NCBI RefSeq assembly: GCF_009914755.1
Contig: NC_060927.1
Length of the DNA: 64,000 nt
Reading direction: 5' to 3' (one strand)
Source: the human T2T-CHM13v2.0 reference genome, Homo sapiens
Shown: positions 38,756-55,210 of the stretch, one piece after another
How the letters are laid out: each line of letters begins with the position of its first letter
Position numbering within the stretch: the stretch's first letter is position 1
The notes under the pieces: model-generated
Databases searched by the model: none
What the model was told of the DNA's origin: nothing
The model's input: only the letters and a program-made list of their open reading frames with translations
Program-made: the position numbers and the translations under genes

Positions 38756-40089
38756 GCACCAGAGGGGCCATTTGGGACTCATTCCCATTGTGACTCTGTT
38801 TCCCCTCGTTCCCGTTCAGCCCTGCCTGCTCACTGCTTCTCAGCATATATTTCCCTCACAACTGCACAGAGAGCAAATAGACTTAGAACCTGAAGGGCAT
38901 CAGGATCCCAGAGGAATCGAAGGAAGAAGCAATGTACTGCTGGGGTCCTGGTCTCCTACCTCCTTGGAACTCATTCCAAGTTGCCATTTACAACCTAGGA
39001 GCCTGAGGTGCCTAGGAGCTTTCCAGCCCTTTTCCCAGGCCAGTGCCCCTGTCAGATGGGATTCAGCCTCACTCTGTGGACTCTAGCAACACAGTGTGAC
39101 CCCACCCCATCAGAAGCCCCAGCTTCCCTTCCACCCTCCCTTCACCCCTCGTCTCATCAACACTGCAGTTTCCTTTTCACTTTTATTGGTTGCTCATTGG
39201 CTTTCTAGGCTGCTACCTAGCACTGGACTAGGAATTGTTTGCTTCTGATAGCAAAGTTTGATAAATGTTCTATCTGTAGTCTTTCAGATTTTTGTATCTG
39301 TGCTGTGTGTTTGAGCTTTGTGTGTGTTCCTGGTCTTTATGCTGTGAATCAGCATAGCAGAATGGAAAGCCATCACCTGATAGTCAGCAAGGCCAGAATG
39401 GGAATCCTGGCAGTGCCACTTGATTGACTGTGTGACGTCAGACAAGCTACTTACTCTTGCTGAGCATCTTTTTTTTTTTTTAATCTATAGAGTGGGGCTA
39501 TTGATAATTCCTGCTGAATAGCATAGCTGTGAGGATTAATGACCCTGCATATAATCAGTGCTTTAAAAGTGCTAACTTTCATTGTCATGATTTTTCTTTT
39601 CCTCTGAGGATGTCTTGGCTTCTTAGATTTAGTGCCATTGTTTCTATCAGCCAATGCATGTTCTAGAGCTGCCTGGTGCAAGTGGAGGCTCGTGTGGGAA
39701 GATCTGGCTTGGCTCTCATGCAGGAGGATCTGGCTTACTCCCCCTAGCCCTGTATTATGGCCCAAGAGGGCCCCAGAAAAGTTCAGCGAGTAGCCCAGTG
39801 TCCCTGGGCTGGGTTGCAGCCTGAAACCCATGTCTTCTGACTCGGGCCTCCTATTCCCATCGGCCTTCTGTTCTGGCCTTCAGGGACTCCAGATGCTGAC
39901 CAAAACATAAGTGATGTCCCCGCTTCCCGGTGGCCTCCCGGAAACACCGTGCATTGGGCCACATTGGACCAGCCGCAGCATAGGGACTACCCAGGAAGGC
40001 ATCCAAGCAGTCAATGGTTCCCACCCAGCTGGAGCATCCTTTTTGCTGAATGAGAATCACGGACACAGAACATCTGGAGCCTGGCCAGA

Positions 40090-40577
40090 GTATGCTAGTT
40101 GCCAGCTTAAATCCACACCCACTCTTCTTTTCACTGAGATAAGAACTCCACTTTTATCTGGGGTGGCAAAGAATCCTACTAATATCCACTTCCTAGCCTC
40201 TCTGCAGCTAAAGGTGGCTGAGGACTTTGTTCTAGTCATGTATATGTGAGCGGGGGGCTGCTGAGGGGCCCTCAGCCAGAGTCCTGCCTGCTGCCTCTCT
40301 CTGGCTGACTAAAGTGTGGGTGTGGGAGGGAGAGCTCCAGTACCCTCTCCTCAAGGGAAGGCGACCTTGAGGAGGGAAGGCACACACAAGGACAGCAGAG
40401 CAGAAAGACAGAAGAGCTGGAGGCCCTCCGGACTCTGGGGTTACCATGCCACCAGGACTGCCTGCATCTCAGCTTCTTTTTAGAGTTGGTAGAGCGAAAA
40501 GGACTTCCATGTGGTTTAAGCTGCTGTGACTATAGGCTTCCTGTTATCTGTAGCTGAATCTAGCCCTAGCTGATAAA
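40090..40577 (+). mobile_element. MLT1 (I/J-like) LTR
   Basis: acttcctagcctctctgcagctaaaggtggc...gtttaagctgctg...ctgttatctgtagctgaatctagccctagctgata. Confidence 0.65.
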
Positions 40578-43244
40578 GAGCCTCTTGAAACATATTCTGT
40601 TATCTAACATCTGAGCTAAGGCACAATGAAGAATTCCTCTTCTGTTGCACTTAATTGTATTTATCCATTTAGCCACTCCTCATGCGACAGCCACCAAGCC
40701 ACTCACTGCACTCCAGCTAATATCACTAGGGTCAATAAGGGATGTTCCCCCTGCTGTGCCCCACCTGCTGCCTGCTGAGATGGAGGAGCTTCTGGAGGCC
40801 ACCTGGACAAGTGATGAGAGTGTTCTGAAAATGATCAGAAGAGCCATCTGGGGCCCCCAGGTTTTCACCAGGGACGGGAGACAGCCCTCGTCTGGTGAGT
40901 AGACAGGAAGGGATGGTGGAGACAAAGCATAGACCTGCTCTCTGGGTGCACTCAGGGGTGTGCCTGCTCCCCCACCATGGAGCAGTGCTCGTTTTCCCGT
41001 GGCCACATTTTTGCATGGGGCTGAGCTGGGTAGCCCCTGTGAGAGTGAGGAGCTGACCATGAGGGTCCCCTGGGCTTCCGCTCTGGGGAGAAAGTGGGCA
41101 AGTCAACCCCTCATCCCTGTGTGGTGCCCCTGCCACAGGGAGGCCCACGTGTGGTGCTTAGCCCCACAGCAGGCCTTCCGGTTGTCTCTATATGGGTGTG
41201 GAGACACATAAAACAGGCTTGGTCCCTCGTGTGGTGCTAGGAGCCTCAGGAGAGTGGTGGGTGAGTGACCAGCACGGGTTGGTGTGGGGAACTGCAGAAA
41301 GCCCCAGGTGGCTGCCCAGCTGTGTTGGGTCCTTGGAGGTTTCTTGAAGGAGGTGGTGTCGGGGTGGACTAGAAGGCCTAGGAATGAGGGAAGCAGCTCT
41401 GGTGGGCATCAGAGGTGACGTGGAGAGAAGGGCCCAGGGCAGGGCTGCTGAGGGCACTGAGGGGTGTGGTCTTCAGCCTGAAGGTGGTGGCAGGAGCTGG
41501 GGCCACAGTGCCAGATGACTGATGTGTCACTGAGAAGGGCTGCCCTGGAGGCTGCAGACCAGCGTCCTGTGCTTCCATACCTGCAGAACTTGAGGCACTG
41601 CGGAGCCCACACACCAGTCACTTCCATGCTATACCCCAGCCTGGAAGGGGTGACATGCTCTGGGCTTGGCAGTCCAGCAACCTGGTGCCCTTGGTACTCG
41701 GGCTCCTCAGCACCCACCAGGGCTGTGCAGCTCCACCCAGCTCCTGCTGAGCCACTGGCTGGCAGGTGCCTGCAGGAGCAGACTGTGCCCATCACACTTG
41801 CCTCTGTGCACAGTGGCCACACTCTCCAACCACCTGGGCCCCCATGTTCCTGGCTGCCATTGCCTTTATGATACAGGAATCCTTGCTGCAGGGTATTCTT
41901 GTATACCGCCACTGCACATCTTTCTTTCCCTCTGCCTTTTTATACCTCCTTCCCAGAGTCTCGAGAGCTGGAGACTCCGTGAGTGTCAGGAATATCATTT
42001 ATGTGAAGGAGCCTGTTGCCACAGCAACCCCAGCAGATGGCCTGGTGCCTGGTCTGCAGTCTCTGACCAGGTCCGCAGAAAGCGTTCCAGCAGGGAGATG
42101 TGAGGGTGGCCCCTGCTCCTGCGTTTGTGGTTTGTTGGTACCCTGGGTAGAGGAACCATCAAAGGGGCTGGACCAGCAGCCCTGAGCTGACAGCGTTGAC
42201 GGGCTTTGTCCAGGCCTGAGGCTGACCACAACTGCCATCCTTTCTCCTGTGGGCTGCATGGCCCATGTGGAGAGGGCCAGGTGGAGGGACTTTGAGGTGA
42301 CCCCCAAGGTGCTCCAGCTCACTGTCGGGGCCTTCCTAGGCCATGTGCCAGCCGCCTGGAAAGTGGGTGGGTTTCCTGTGCGGCTGAGAGGAGTCTTGCT
42401 GGTGGTAGGTGAAGCCGGGAGTTGTCAGCATTTTGCAGAAATCATCAATAGCTGAACAAGGGCTGGAGGCTCAGCCACTTCCTGGGCATGCACGTGTCCT
42501 TCATGAGCGGGTAGGGCCTGGAGCCAGCTCTAGCCCCCATTGCTGGCTGCTGTGGTCCCTCAAGGCTCGGTGACACAGGCACACAAGGTCCCTTGGTTTT
42601 CGCTTGGTGTGGGAGGGTAGTATTGGGAGAGGGCTGCAGTGTCCCACCTAAAAACAGGCACATTGGGTTAGTTCCATTAGACCCACTGATGGAACTGTGC
42701 CTGTACAGCCCCAGGACTCTGCGAGGCCCCTGGGGGACAGAGTCAGGAGGAGAGGTTGGGGATGAGAGTAGGGACTGGGCTCTGTGTCATATACGCAAAG
42801 CAGCAGCACCTGCATTTCTGTAGCTGTGGGGCTTCTGAGTAAGAGTCCACTTGAACAACAGTTCTTTAGCCTAAATTTAAAAGCCACTGTGCTAGGTGTT
42901 CTCTAAGAACCCTACTAAAGCAACATTGTAAGATTTTATGATTATTTATATAACTTAATAAGTAACACCTTCAGTGCCTTGATTTTTCCAGGTGTATTTC
43001 TGAGCAGCGGTTCTCAGCCTGTTTCTGTCCCTAGTCCACCTCAGGACTATGGCCCTTCCCTCCAAGGCACAGTGTCTCACTTTGGCTGGGGTTCCCCAGG
43101 GAGTGGGGAGGGAATGTTGGAGATGGGAAGGCATTGAAGCTACATGGTCCTGAATTTCTCAGTGAAGAAGGATGTGAGAGATTTTTAGGAAGCGCCCAGT
43201 GGGATTGCAATTTGGCCAGAGGGTGGATTGGGATGGGGTGAATT

Positions 43245-44060
43245 TTTAGTAGCTACTGTGTACCAGGCACTGCCCTGTGTGCTGGGGAGTTAGCAATAAA
43301 CAAGACATTGTTTCTTCCCCAGGACATACCCTAGCAGGGAGACAACCAGTAGACCAGCATGCTGTGGAGACGTATCAGGTGCCGGTGGGGTGCTGCAGCC
43401 CCAAGTATACCATGTCGGAAAGGCCTGGGGGTTGTGTTAGCTAGGGCTGTGGAGCCTCCCTAAGCAAGTGACACTTGAGACCTGAATGTGGAGGTGGCAG
43501 TCATGGAAGCGACTGAGGAGTAGATCTGGACCCGAGCTCTGGGAAGATCCTTGAGCAGAAGGCAGAGCTGACAGCAGGGCCCTGAGGTGGAAATGCACCT
43601 GCAGGTTTACAGGGCAGGGGGATGGCCGGTGCACCAGGAGTCTAGTGGGAGTGGGAGATGGGCGGCAGGGGTGAGGCCAGTGAGGGGCAAGAGGGCCCTA
43701 TTAGATAGGCCTTGGCAGGAACCAGGAGGCAGTTCCATGATCATCCTGCAGGGATGAGAAGCAGATATGACTTTGCACTTTGGGAAGATGGCTGCAGCTG
43801 CCTTGAGGAGGGTAAGCCAGTAGCGTGAGTCTGGAACCTGGAAGATCCATTAGGAGGTGGCTGTTTAGCCATCCCATGTGAAACAGGGAGGCTGGAACCA
43901 GGGTTGAGGGAGTGGGGTTGTGAGAAGTGCTTGGGCTTGAAATGTGTTTGGGGTAATGACACCTTACTGATGGGCTTGAGGGGTTAAGTAAGACAGAGCT
44001 AGATCAAGGGCAGCCTTAGGCTTCTGGCTTGAACCACTGGGTGTGGGGAGAGAGAAGAAA
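43245..44060 (-). mobile_element. L2 fragment
   Basis: ctactgtgtaccaggcactg...agcaataaacaagac...gcagatatgactttgcactttgggaagatggctgcagctg. Confidence 0.65.
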
Positions 44061-44979
44061 GGCTGGTGGCAAGGGGCATGTGAGTTGGAGCTAGCTGTGT
44101 TCCAGAGCTGCGACGGTGGCCCCGTGTTCTGGGGTAATGAAATCTAAGCCACTGGCATTTGGGAAGCACCTGTGCTTGTCACTGAGCTGGAGTGCCCAGG
44201 AGAAGCATCCTGTGCAGCCTATGGCAGACATCGCAGGGGCCTTGGCCCAGGCAGGTGCCAGCGACAACGTCTCACAGCCTTCATGTTGCATGTTTTTTCT
44301 CATGGGGACCCAAAACCTCGGCTCTGAGCAAGACACCGGGGGGATCCTCTGTGCCTACTACAGCTCGTCCTCCTCTGGAGGTTGTCATTATGGCCCTTTC
44401 AGCGCCAGCCTGGGCGGGCTCAGCTCCAACACTGAGTCCCATGCTTGTACAGGCCTGGAGTCTCTCTCATGAGAGCTGGTTGTTCTTCAGTTAAGGCGCT
44501 GTGACTTAAAGAGACTGCAAAGCCTCAAACAACAGCCATGAAAACATTATAACCCAGGTGGGTTTCTAATCCATACACATCATCCAGCCCAGCCCCCGAC
44601 TCTATCCAGAACATTCTTCCACAGCATCCCCAATAAATGGCTCCTCACCTTGGTCTCTCCTGCCGCAGGGTGCTCACAACTTCACAATGTAGTTCCTTTC
44701 TTTGCCTACAACCCTGAGACTTAGAGCTGCTTCAGCGTTGGGCACCCCTGAAATTCCTGCTGCGTGGTTCTTCTTCTGCCCTCCTGGGGCACACAGGTCC
44801 ATCCCTAGCCCACGTCCAGCTTTCAAGACCCTGAAGATGGCATTTGTACTGCTTTCCTTCTCTGCATAAACCCCCCCTTCTCCAGACTGTATTCCCTTAC
44901 TCTCATTTCCATATGAGACATGAGTTTAGAAACTCCTGAGGAACTGGCATACTCTGTTCCTCTTAGATTTGAGGCCTAA

Positions 44980-45478
<499 letters not shown>

Positions 45479-47079
45479 AGCTGATTTATTTTTAATTGAG
45501 TGATCTCTAGGCTTTGAATAGAACAGTAAATAATTATTTGGATTCCTGAGGATAGGAGGTTTTTTCTCTCCACTCTGTCATTGAGGTGTCTCATAGCCCT
45601 GAGTGACTCATTCGTTTTCTCTACCTTGTCTAGCCCTGTGGGAATTGGCGGCCTTGCCACCGGTGCTCTGGCCTCCTTGAATGAGGTCAAGACAGACATT
45701 GAGCATGCCTAATAGTTTCCATTTCTTGCTCAGGAGTTGCGATAAAAGCCATTAATCCGAAGAGTCCTAGTCCTTTATTACAAAAGATAAAATGACATCA
45801 ATGCAATGATAGCAGGGCTCCAGATTCAGGGGTTGAGTCCATAGGGAAATTTGCCTATGAAAGGAACCCCCAGAGCCAGCAGGGCTCTACCTGGGGAGAA
45901 ACACTGAACCCCCGCTAAGGGGAGATAGTTAAAACATGGCTTGATTGGGCCAGACCCCTTCAGCAGAGTGCAGATGCATTGACTATCCTGGGTGTCCTGT
46001 GTAGGCCAGCTCCTAGGCCTGGAAGAGAGACCACTCAAAAACAGGTGCCTGAAAGCTGTGGGAGAAGCAGCCAGCTCCTGGGGGATGTGCATTAGATGTC
46101 CTGGTGCCCCTAACTCCAGAAGGGATGGTGATTGGCAGAGGAGGAGGCAGCTGAGCTTTGAGATGGCCCTGCCCTTGGCGGGAGCTGTGCTGCTGAGAGG
46201 GCTGCAAACACACCTCCAGGGCTCTACCCAGAAGAGCCAGTTAGGAAGCTGCACTTGGCTGTTACCTAGTTAGGTTTTTGTGTTTTCCTCACCTTTGTGA
46301 TTGTCCTTCCTTCAGCTGGGAGGCAGCTGCATCATGGTAACACCTCAAACACTTCTCCTGAGATGCCCCATGGCACACCCAATGTCCCCACCCTTGCTTG
46401 AGGCCATGTGTTTTTCTTAGACACAACCTGGCACTGCGCAGTGAAGGCTCAAAGAAGTGACGTGCTGCCCCTTGGGGGCTGGTCCTTCCTCTATGTTAGC
46501 CAGGAGCCCACGGTTCTCCTGAGGGCCCACAAGGGTCTGTGGAAATGAAGTCCATGGTCTTTTTTGTGAAGCAGCTTCTCTGTTCTTTGGGGCCACTTGA
46601 GGCTCATGAAGAACTCAGGCCTTTCCAAGACAAAGGACAGACATTAAACATAGGGAGAAAGGGGCAGGGAATGCAGGATGCTATTGTGCAAGGAACAGGA
46701 TGGATGGGAGCAGCATTTGGAAGACAGGAAGAGGTAGGGGAGAGGAGTTCTGTTCCAGACTAGTTGCTTCTCAGGGGCAGGGCCCATTTCTTCCTCTGTG
46801 TGTGCTCAACCCTCAGCACCGCCCAGGACACCCAACAGGCCATCCAGCCAGTGTGAGCACACACCCATCACGGTGGGAGGCAGACTGAGTGTGAGCACCC
46901 AGCAGACGGAGCAGGAGGCTGGTGAAGGGGTGGTGTTGGGCACATAAAGGAGGTCTGGAGGGATCACAGACTGGGCCATACAGCTGCAGCAGGAGCAGCA
47001 CTGCAGTTGTCCTTCCAGCATGTGCGACAGCAGGAGAGATCTGGAGGCACTGCAAAGACATGTGCAACAAAAGGTGCTT

Positions 47080-47385
47080 TCCATTTACCACTTCATGTAA
47101 TTTAAAGAGCCACATATGCACATGGTAAAACATTTAAGTCAATGCAAAATTGAACACCTCTTTTCTGCCAACCCCTTATCCCACTCACCAGAGAGTAGCC
47201 ACTATTAACACTTTCTTACTTATCCTTTCAGAAATTTGTAATGCATATTCAAGCATATACTTTACCCAAATGGAATCACACGATATTGTTCTGCAGCTTG
47301 CTTTTTTCACCTTAATAAGATATCTTGCAGTTCTTTCTCTGTTGTATATATAAACCTTTCTCATTCTTGTTAATGGTTGCATAGC
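47080..47385 (-). mobile_element. Old L1M fragment
   Basis: ccagagagtagccactattaacactttc...aaatggaatcacacgatattgttctgcagcttgctttttt. Confidence 0.55.
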
Positions 47386-50300
47386 TAAAATCGTAGATTC
47401 TTCAAGCTGGAAGGAACCTTCAAATCAATGTGATCTAATTGCCTCATTTTGCTAGAACCCGGAATGGTGAGGTGACTTGCCGGAGGGCACAGTGAGTTAG
47501 CGGAAGGAAAGGATTCCTCTGAGAGCTATTTAGAAGGAAGAGCTTCATGAGGGGCTGGGTGCTGGGGTGACAGATAGGAATGACCATTACCGGCTGGCTG
47601 CATTTCATCAGCAGCAGCGTCTGTGTCCATCATTCTGGGCTATTTGCAGCAGGAGAAAAGAGGGAGGACTGGAGAGAGGAAATGATAGCCCTCTGCACAC
47701 ATTAAAGTTGAGTTCACAAGATACTTGGGTGGAAATGTCATTTGGGCCAGTAGAAATTTGTGTTCAAGTTCCCATGAAAGGCCCTCTGTCTTGAGCAACA
47801 GAGCCAAACACCCATTATTTGGAGAGCAAGTGTTTTCCTAGAAATTGCTAGATTTTGTATTTGTCCCTTTGTAGTTATTTTTAGGCATGGAAACAGAGCT
47901 GGTTGCAGGAGGGTGTGACTCCTGCTGGCCCCAAACTTGTTCCTTTGCTGTATTTGCTGACCCCATCCCCCACCCCTTCCAGTTGCTTCTGGCATCCTGC
48001 CATGTGACTTAGGTTGGTAGGAATAGGCATGAGTGAAAGCCTTCTGAAAGGCCTTAGGGCAGCAGCTGCCTGATTGCCACACAGAAGATGGGTCAGAGAT
48101 GGGACCTCTTGCCTCTGCTGCACCGAAGGACAGGGTGTTTATTCACTGCCAAGCCTCTGGCTTATGGTGTGCTAGTGAGAGCTGGGAGGGCCCTGAGAGA
48201 TGTTCTAGCTCAGCAAGTCCCACCCCGGGGTCTCTGTGCCCCCAGGGTTGCCTATTCATTTGCCAGGGTGGAATATATGAAACCACAGCCTAGGAAGGGC
48301 ACATCTTCCTGGAATGTCAGTTTTACATGAAGCTTTGAGGAGAGAGATGCTATTTTTATATTAAAGCAAACACTGATATTATGAAATAGCATGGAAAAGT
48401 CAAGTTACTTTTCAAGATAAAACACGCAATTTCAAAGCAATTTTATCTTCCCTTGCCTTGGGCAACTTCAAGCTTTAACCCCTACACCCTGGAGGGCATA
48501 TGTTCTCTCTCCTCTGCTCTTTGGGACTTTGTCAAAAAGTACTTTAGTTAGATTGGGGTAGTCTTCTCAATAAAATGAACTTTATCTTAAAGATGTACAT
48601 AGCCCAGAACCAGGAGGTGACAGGGCTCTGGTCAGCTCCTGGCCAGGTCTCTGCCTGCTCTATGCTTAGCTGTATTTGCTCCCTGCTGCCCAGTCTCCAC
48701 ATAGCCCATCTGCTTTTTCTGGTCTCTCAGAGTTCCTTTCATCTTTGGTGGACCTCAATCCACCCTAATGACTTCCTCTTGCATTACCTCCATTGCCAAC
48801 TGGCCACTCACTTCTTGGTTTATTCCCAAAGGAAATCTGCTTGGCCCAGCTCTTCTTCTCATACCTGATCAACCCGGCTGTAGATCTGCTGCCCTGTGAT
48901 CAGATCAGCTGGAATGAGTTCAGGGGCTTCTCATATGAGACATGCTTCCCTAGATGTCAACCTCTGGAGGGGCAGGAGTGGGCTAGCAGACCCTCGAAGG
49001 GGATATGGACTCGTGGGTGCTGCTCCAGTCCAGCCAGCTGGAGCGCAGAGGAGACATGGGGGCTGGAGAGGGAAACAGTGAGTGGTGGAGGTGGGCCCTC
49101 ACCTCCTAAGACTTCTTTCCCAGGCCCTTGCTTTCCTGCATTTTCCCTGTCCCATCCTTTCAGTTTGAATGAACACCTCCTACTGCTGTAGTCCAGGTTA
49201 CCAGTGAGGACCTTAACCTCCCAGAGTGCATCAGCATAGACTCTCCAACATGGATGAGGTGTGGAGAGTTGGATGGGAGCTGAAGGGAAGGGATGAGGGG
49301 CAGAGCATCAGTGTGGGGCCCTGATGTGTGGCCCGTGCTGTTCGGGGAGAGAGAGAGCCATGCTGACAGGGTCCCCCAGCTGGCACACACTCCCCAGGGT
49401 CCCACAGACACTGCTGCAGCAGGGCTAGCGTCTCTATTCATCGAGGCTGGCCGCATTTCAGGAACCATTAATCCTCTTTCTATCTCTAAGTACTATGACC
49501 ATGGACAAGGTTCTCTTCACAAGCATGCCATGGTATCAATAGATAACGACTCTGAAAGATTTTTCTTCTTTTGGATTAATATAGTGGTGATGCTGTGGGT
49601 TAATGTGCTGGAGTCAGGGTGTTACTCTTTTAACTAGGACATTATTAACAGAGCAAACCTACTTTTTCATCTGATTTTATCCTGTGCCTGTTCCTTACTA
49701 GCTTTTACTGAAGGACTTTTTTATTCTGTATTGTCTGTTGCAGAAAGTGTAGGCAGTTCATGGTTTTGGGAGTCAGACAGACCTGGGTTTAAATCTTTCC
49801 TCCACTACTCACTGGCGCTGTGACCTTGAACAACATTCTTCATCTCTCTGAACCTGTTTTCTCAGCTATAAAAAGGAGACGATGTTCCCAGCCTTCTCTG
49901 GCTGATAGGATTTAATGAGATCACTTGCAGTGGCACTTTGAACCTCTAGCCATTCTGACCTTTTTTCAGTTTGTCCCCCTAGGCCCTTTGGCTCCCCATT
50001 TGCTCTGCCTGGAATGCTGTTCCCTTCCCTGTCCCTTCCCTCCAGCTGCCTGGCACTTTATGGGCATGTACACCCCAGCATAGGAGCCCTCTGCATGTGG
50101 ACAGTCCTGGGTTTTCTACCAACTGGGATTGTGGCCCTAGATGAGTCTTTCAGCCTCAGTCTCTGCCTGTGGAGTGGGGAACATGGAAACTCCTGCAGGG
50201 TCTCCATGAGGACCACCCTGGTGTGTGGAGAGGCCCTGCAAAACCTGTCTCGCAAATACTGTGCTCTGCTGATTGGCAGTGGCCTTCTCCATTAGAGTTT

Positions 50301-50659
50301 TCACAGGCTTGGGCAGCTGTGGGTGAGGCCCTTCAGGTCCGCAGGACCCAGTGCAAGGTCAGCATCCTGCCGCCAGCCCGGCTCGCACCCCCTGGACTGT
50401 CCTTCCAAAGTCAGGCTGGGAACGAGGTCCCCCTGCTCTTCCCCAGTAAAGCTGAACATTAAAACTTGGGAAAGTTTGTTTTGTTTTGCTATTTGCTTGC
50501 CCCTCTGGGCTTCCCTTTATTCCCCAGCTGGGAAGTCATCAGGAATAGACACGGTTACTTATTTCCTGAGTAACTGAGTTGTGCTGGGCACAGTGCTGGG
50601 CCCGCATCTGGCCAGCTGGGGCACCGAGGAGACATGGGGACTGGAGAGGAAAACAGAGA

Positions 50660-51140
<481 letters not shown>

Positions 51141-51619
51141 GGAGGAAATTGATAAGATGGGAAGTAGTACATCAAATGTACATGTGTTGAGGACCTGTGG
51201 GGCATTTGGTTCCCGCAGGCAGTTAGACACAGAGGTGAGGCTCTGGGTGCCACCACTGACTCTGAGGGTCTTGGGCTAACATTATTTTCTTCAGTGATGT
51301 CTAAAAGAGTAGACTGCGTAGCTCAGGTTTACTGTAACTGCCTTTCTGTGCAGTGTTTGGAGGGATGTGATAACACTGTTCTGGGTCAGGTGGCTAAATG
51401 TTGAGATGCCTAGGTTGTGTGATAGGTTTAATTACTTTATTGGAAAAATGCTAAGAAACACATCAGCATTAACTCACAGAGTTTTCCTTATTCCTATCCT
51501 GGTCGTTGTTTTGATTATGATTTAGATAAAGGTGAAGAAACCTACTCATCAAATTTGCAAATTTTCCAAAGCTTGAATGGATAGTGAATGTGTTGAATGA
51601 TGGTCAAAGACATTTGCAA

Positions 51620-52209
51620 TATTAGGCTGCCTGGAATCCATTTTCCTTTCTTTGGTGTCAGTATCTGGATTTTCGTTTGGAAACCTTCCTTTTCTATTCA
51701 TATAGCCCACGCGTTTCTGAGTGAGATGAACCCAATGCCAATTCTAATGTGTTCTCCAAGTCACTGATGTTGATGTACATACACCATCCTCCTCTCTATC
51801 GTGGTTGCTTTAGATGACACAGCCCACCCAGAAGACAGAAGTTTGGGGACCTGGGAGAAATAATCCCTTGGGCTTCAGAGAGCACAGCTCTTTTTTTGTT
51901 TCATCCATTCACCTTTCCTGGTCTTGAGAGTGCCCTTCCATGGCACATTGGAAAGGGACATTTTGTGCTCTTGCTGCAGCCCTCAGCAGTGCAGCCGAGA
52001 GGAAAACCATGCTTAGCATGAACCTTACCTGAAGAAGGCAGAGCCAGGAGATGGAAATCACCAAATTTGTGGTGACCTCATCTAGCCACTTGATTTGTAC
52101 AGCACCACTGGATGTTGAAGCTGTGAGAGCCAATAATTCCCTTGAGCTGATCAGACCACTTTGATTCTAGTTGTCTGTTACTTACAACCAGCGTGTCCTG
52201 ATTGTCACA
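51620..52209 (+). mobile_element. MLT1-type LTR
   Basis: ggctgcctggaatccattttcc...tgtgagagccaataattccc...tctgttacttacaaccag...cctgattgtcaca. Confidence 0.6.
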
Positions 52210-52583
52210 GTGATAAGTCAATCTCCCACAATCTCACCAGATCTTATTTGTTAAATTGTACGTTTGTTAATTTTTTGTGTTGAAATTTGACAGGAAAAAG
52301 TATTGGGCTTTTTTGCTGTGTCCCAGAAAGCTCACTGTACACATAATGTGTAGCAACGTGAATGGAAAAGACGTTGGGAGTTTTCCTTGACATTAAGCTC
52401 AGTGTGATATGGAGTTGGAGACCTGATCTTAACCCTAGCCTTTTTACTTCCTACCTCTATGTCCTGGGCAGGTCAGTTGACTTTTCTGAGCCTGGCATGT
52501 ATCGCCTGTCAAAGGGGGTGACACCTACCTTTCCAGTGTTGTGAGAATCAAAGGAGATACTGTTTGTAAGTCACTCAGCTTTC

Positions 52584-53303
<720 letters not shown>

Positions 53304-54319
53304 CCAGCACAGCACTTGGCACAGAGCAGGTGCTGAAACAGCTTCACAGGGGCAAGTGGTGATGCATACTGTCAGCTTCAAGAAGGAAGAGCCTAACTCT
53401 GACTAACTTACTGACTGAGAAATGTGTAACAGGAGACCCAGGGTGGTGTAGCCTACATGGTCGGCTTCACCCATAAACTGCTAATTTTCTGACTCTTAGT
53501 TTTGCCGTCCTCTGACGGGAGGCGCTGTCTGTGTCTCAGAATTCCCAGCAGTCGTCCTAAGTTTCACTCATCCTGACTGGACCACCTTAGGTTACTCATC
53601 AGTCCTGTGGCCAGGGCACGGGAATGTACTAGTTGGCCTGACCTCAGTCACATCCTGCCACCTGTGGATCTGGAGCTGTAGTCCACTTCTCTAGAAGTAC
53701 ATGGATTCCCCACGGGAAGTGGGAGCTGTCTGAGAGGGAGAAAAGGAATGGATGCTAAAGAGGCCACCAACAGGAATTGACTCAAATGGAACCATCCAAA
53801 TGCAGTCTAAGATTGTGTCTCTGAAAGTATAATATGTGTGAGAGAGGAGGCTTCCGACTCAGACTACATCTTAGACTTATATTTCATTCTGGAACGTAGA
53901 TCAGTTGAGGCTGTTTTCAAAGAGTGCAAGCAGGATTTGGGGAACATTTGAAATTATGCCATGTGAGGAAGGGTGGTGCTAATATGAGAAGACTCAACAG
54001 CGTCATGATAACTAGAGGGTCACGGTTCTTCTGTGTGACCACACGAGTGAAAGTGGTACCAGTAGCCACTGTCACTCATTGAGTGCTTGTTGCACTGCCT
54101 GGCATTGTACTCAGCTTTCCCCCTGCATTGTCTAATCCTTTAATATTCCTTTGAGGGAGGGACAGATCTCCTAGATAGCTACTCCTACTGCCCTCCTTTG
54201 TTAGATGAGGAAACAGGAACGCGCAAGTTAAGTAATTCGTCCTAAGGCATAAAACTAGTGAGTGGAGAAACCAGGATTTAAACTCAGGTCTCCAGCTCAG
54301 GTTCCCTGACCTTACAACA

Positions 54320-54514
54320 ACGATTCTCAACATGAGCTGCACATTAGAATCTCTTGGGGGAGCTTCTGTAAGACAACAGCGTCTGTAAGACACTGATGCC
54401 TAAGGCCCACCCTAGACCAGTAATCAGGGTCTCTGTGGTGTGGGGTGGGCTCAGGCAAAACGTGTAACAGTGGCTTAGGTATTGCCAGTGCACGGCCAGG
54501 GTTGAGGACCACTG
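54320..54514. mobile_element. MER5A/B DNA transposon
   Basis: ttctcaacatgagctgcacattagaatc...gccagggttgaggaccactg. Confidence 0.7.
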
Positions 54515-54652
54515 GCCTAGAGTTGAGGGCCACAGCATGGCTGCCTTCCAGAGCCCAGTGGGAGCTGCAGATATATGAAGGATAAAAGGACTATTAGGAA
54601 GAGGAGAGCAAGACCAAATCAAGGACATTCAGATTTTTAAAAAATCAATGTA

Positions 54653-55210
<558 letters not shown>

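Noticed and set aside
40600-42900. Dense overlapping 100-167 aa ORFs in a GC-richer stretch
   Set aside because: No recognisable protein and no CpG island; ORFs in all frames are expected at this GC content when GTG/TTG starts are allowed.
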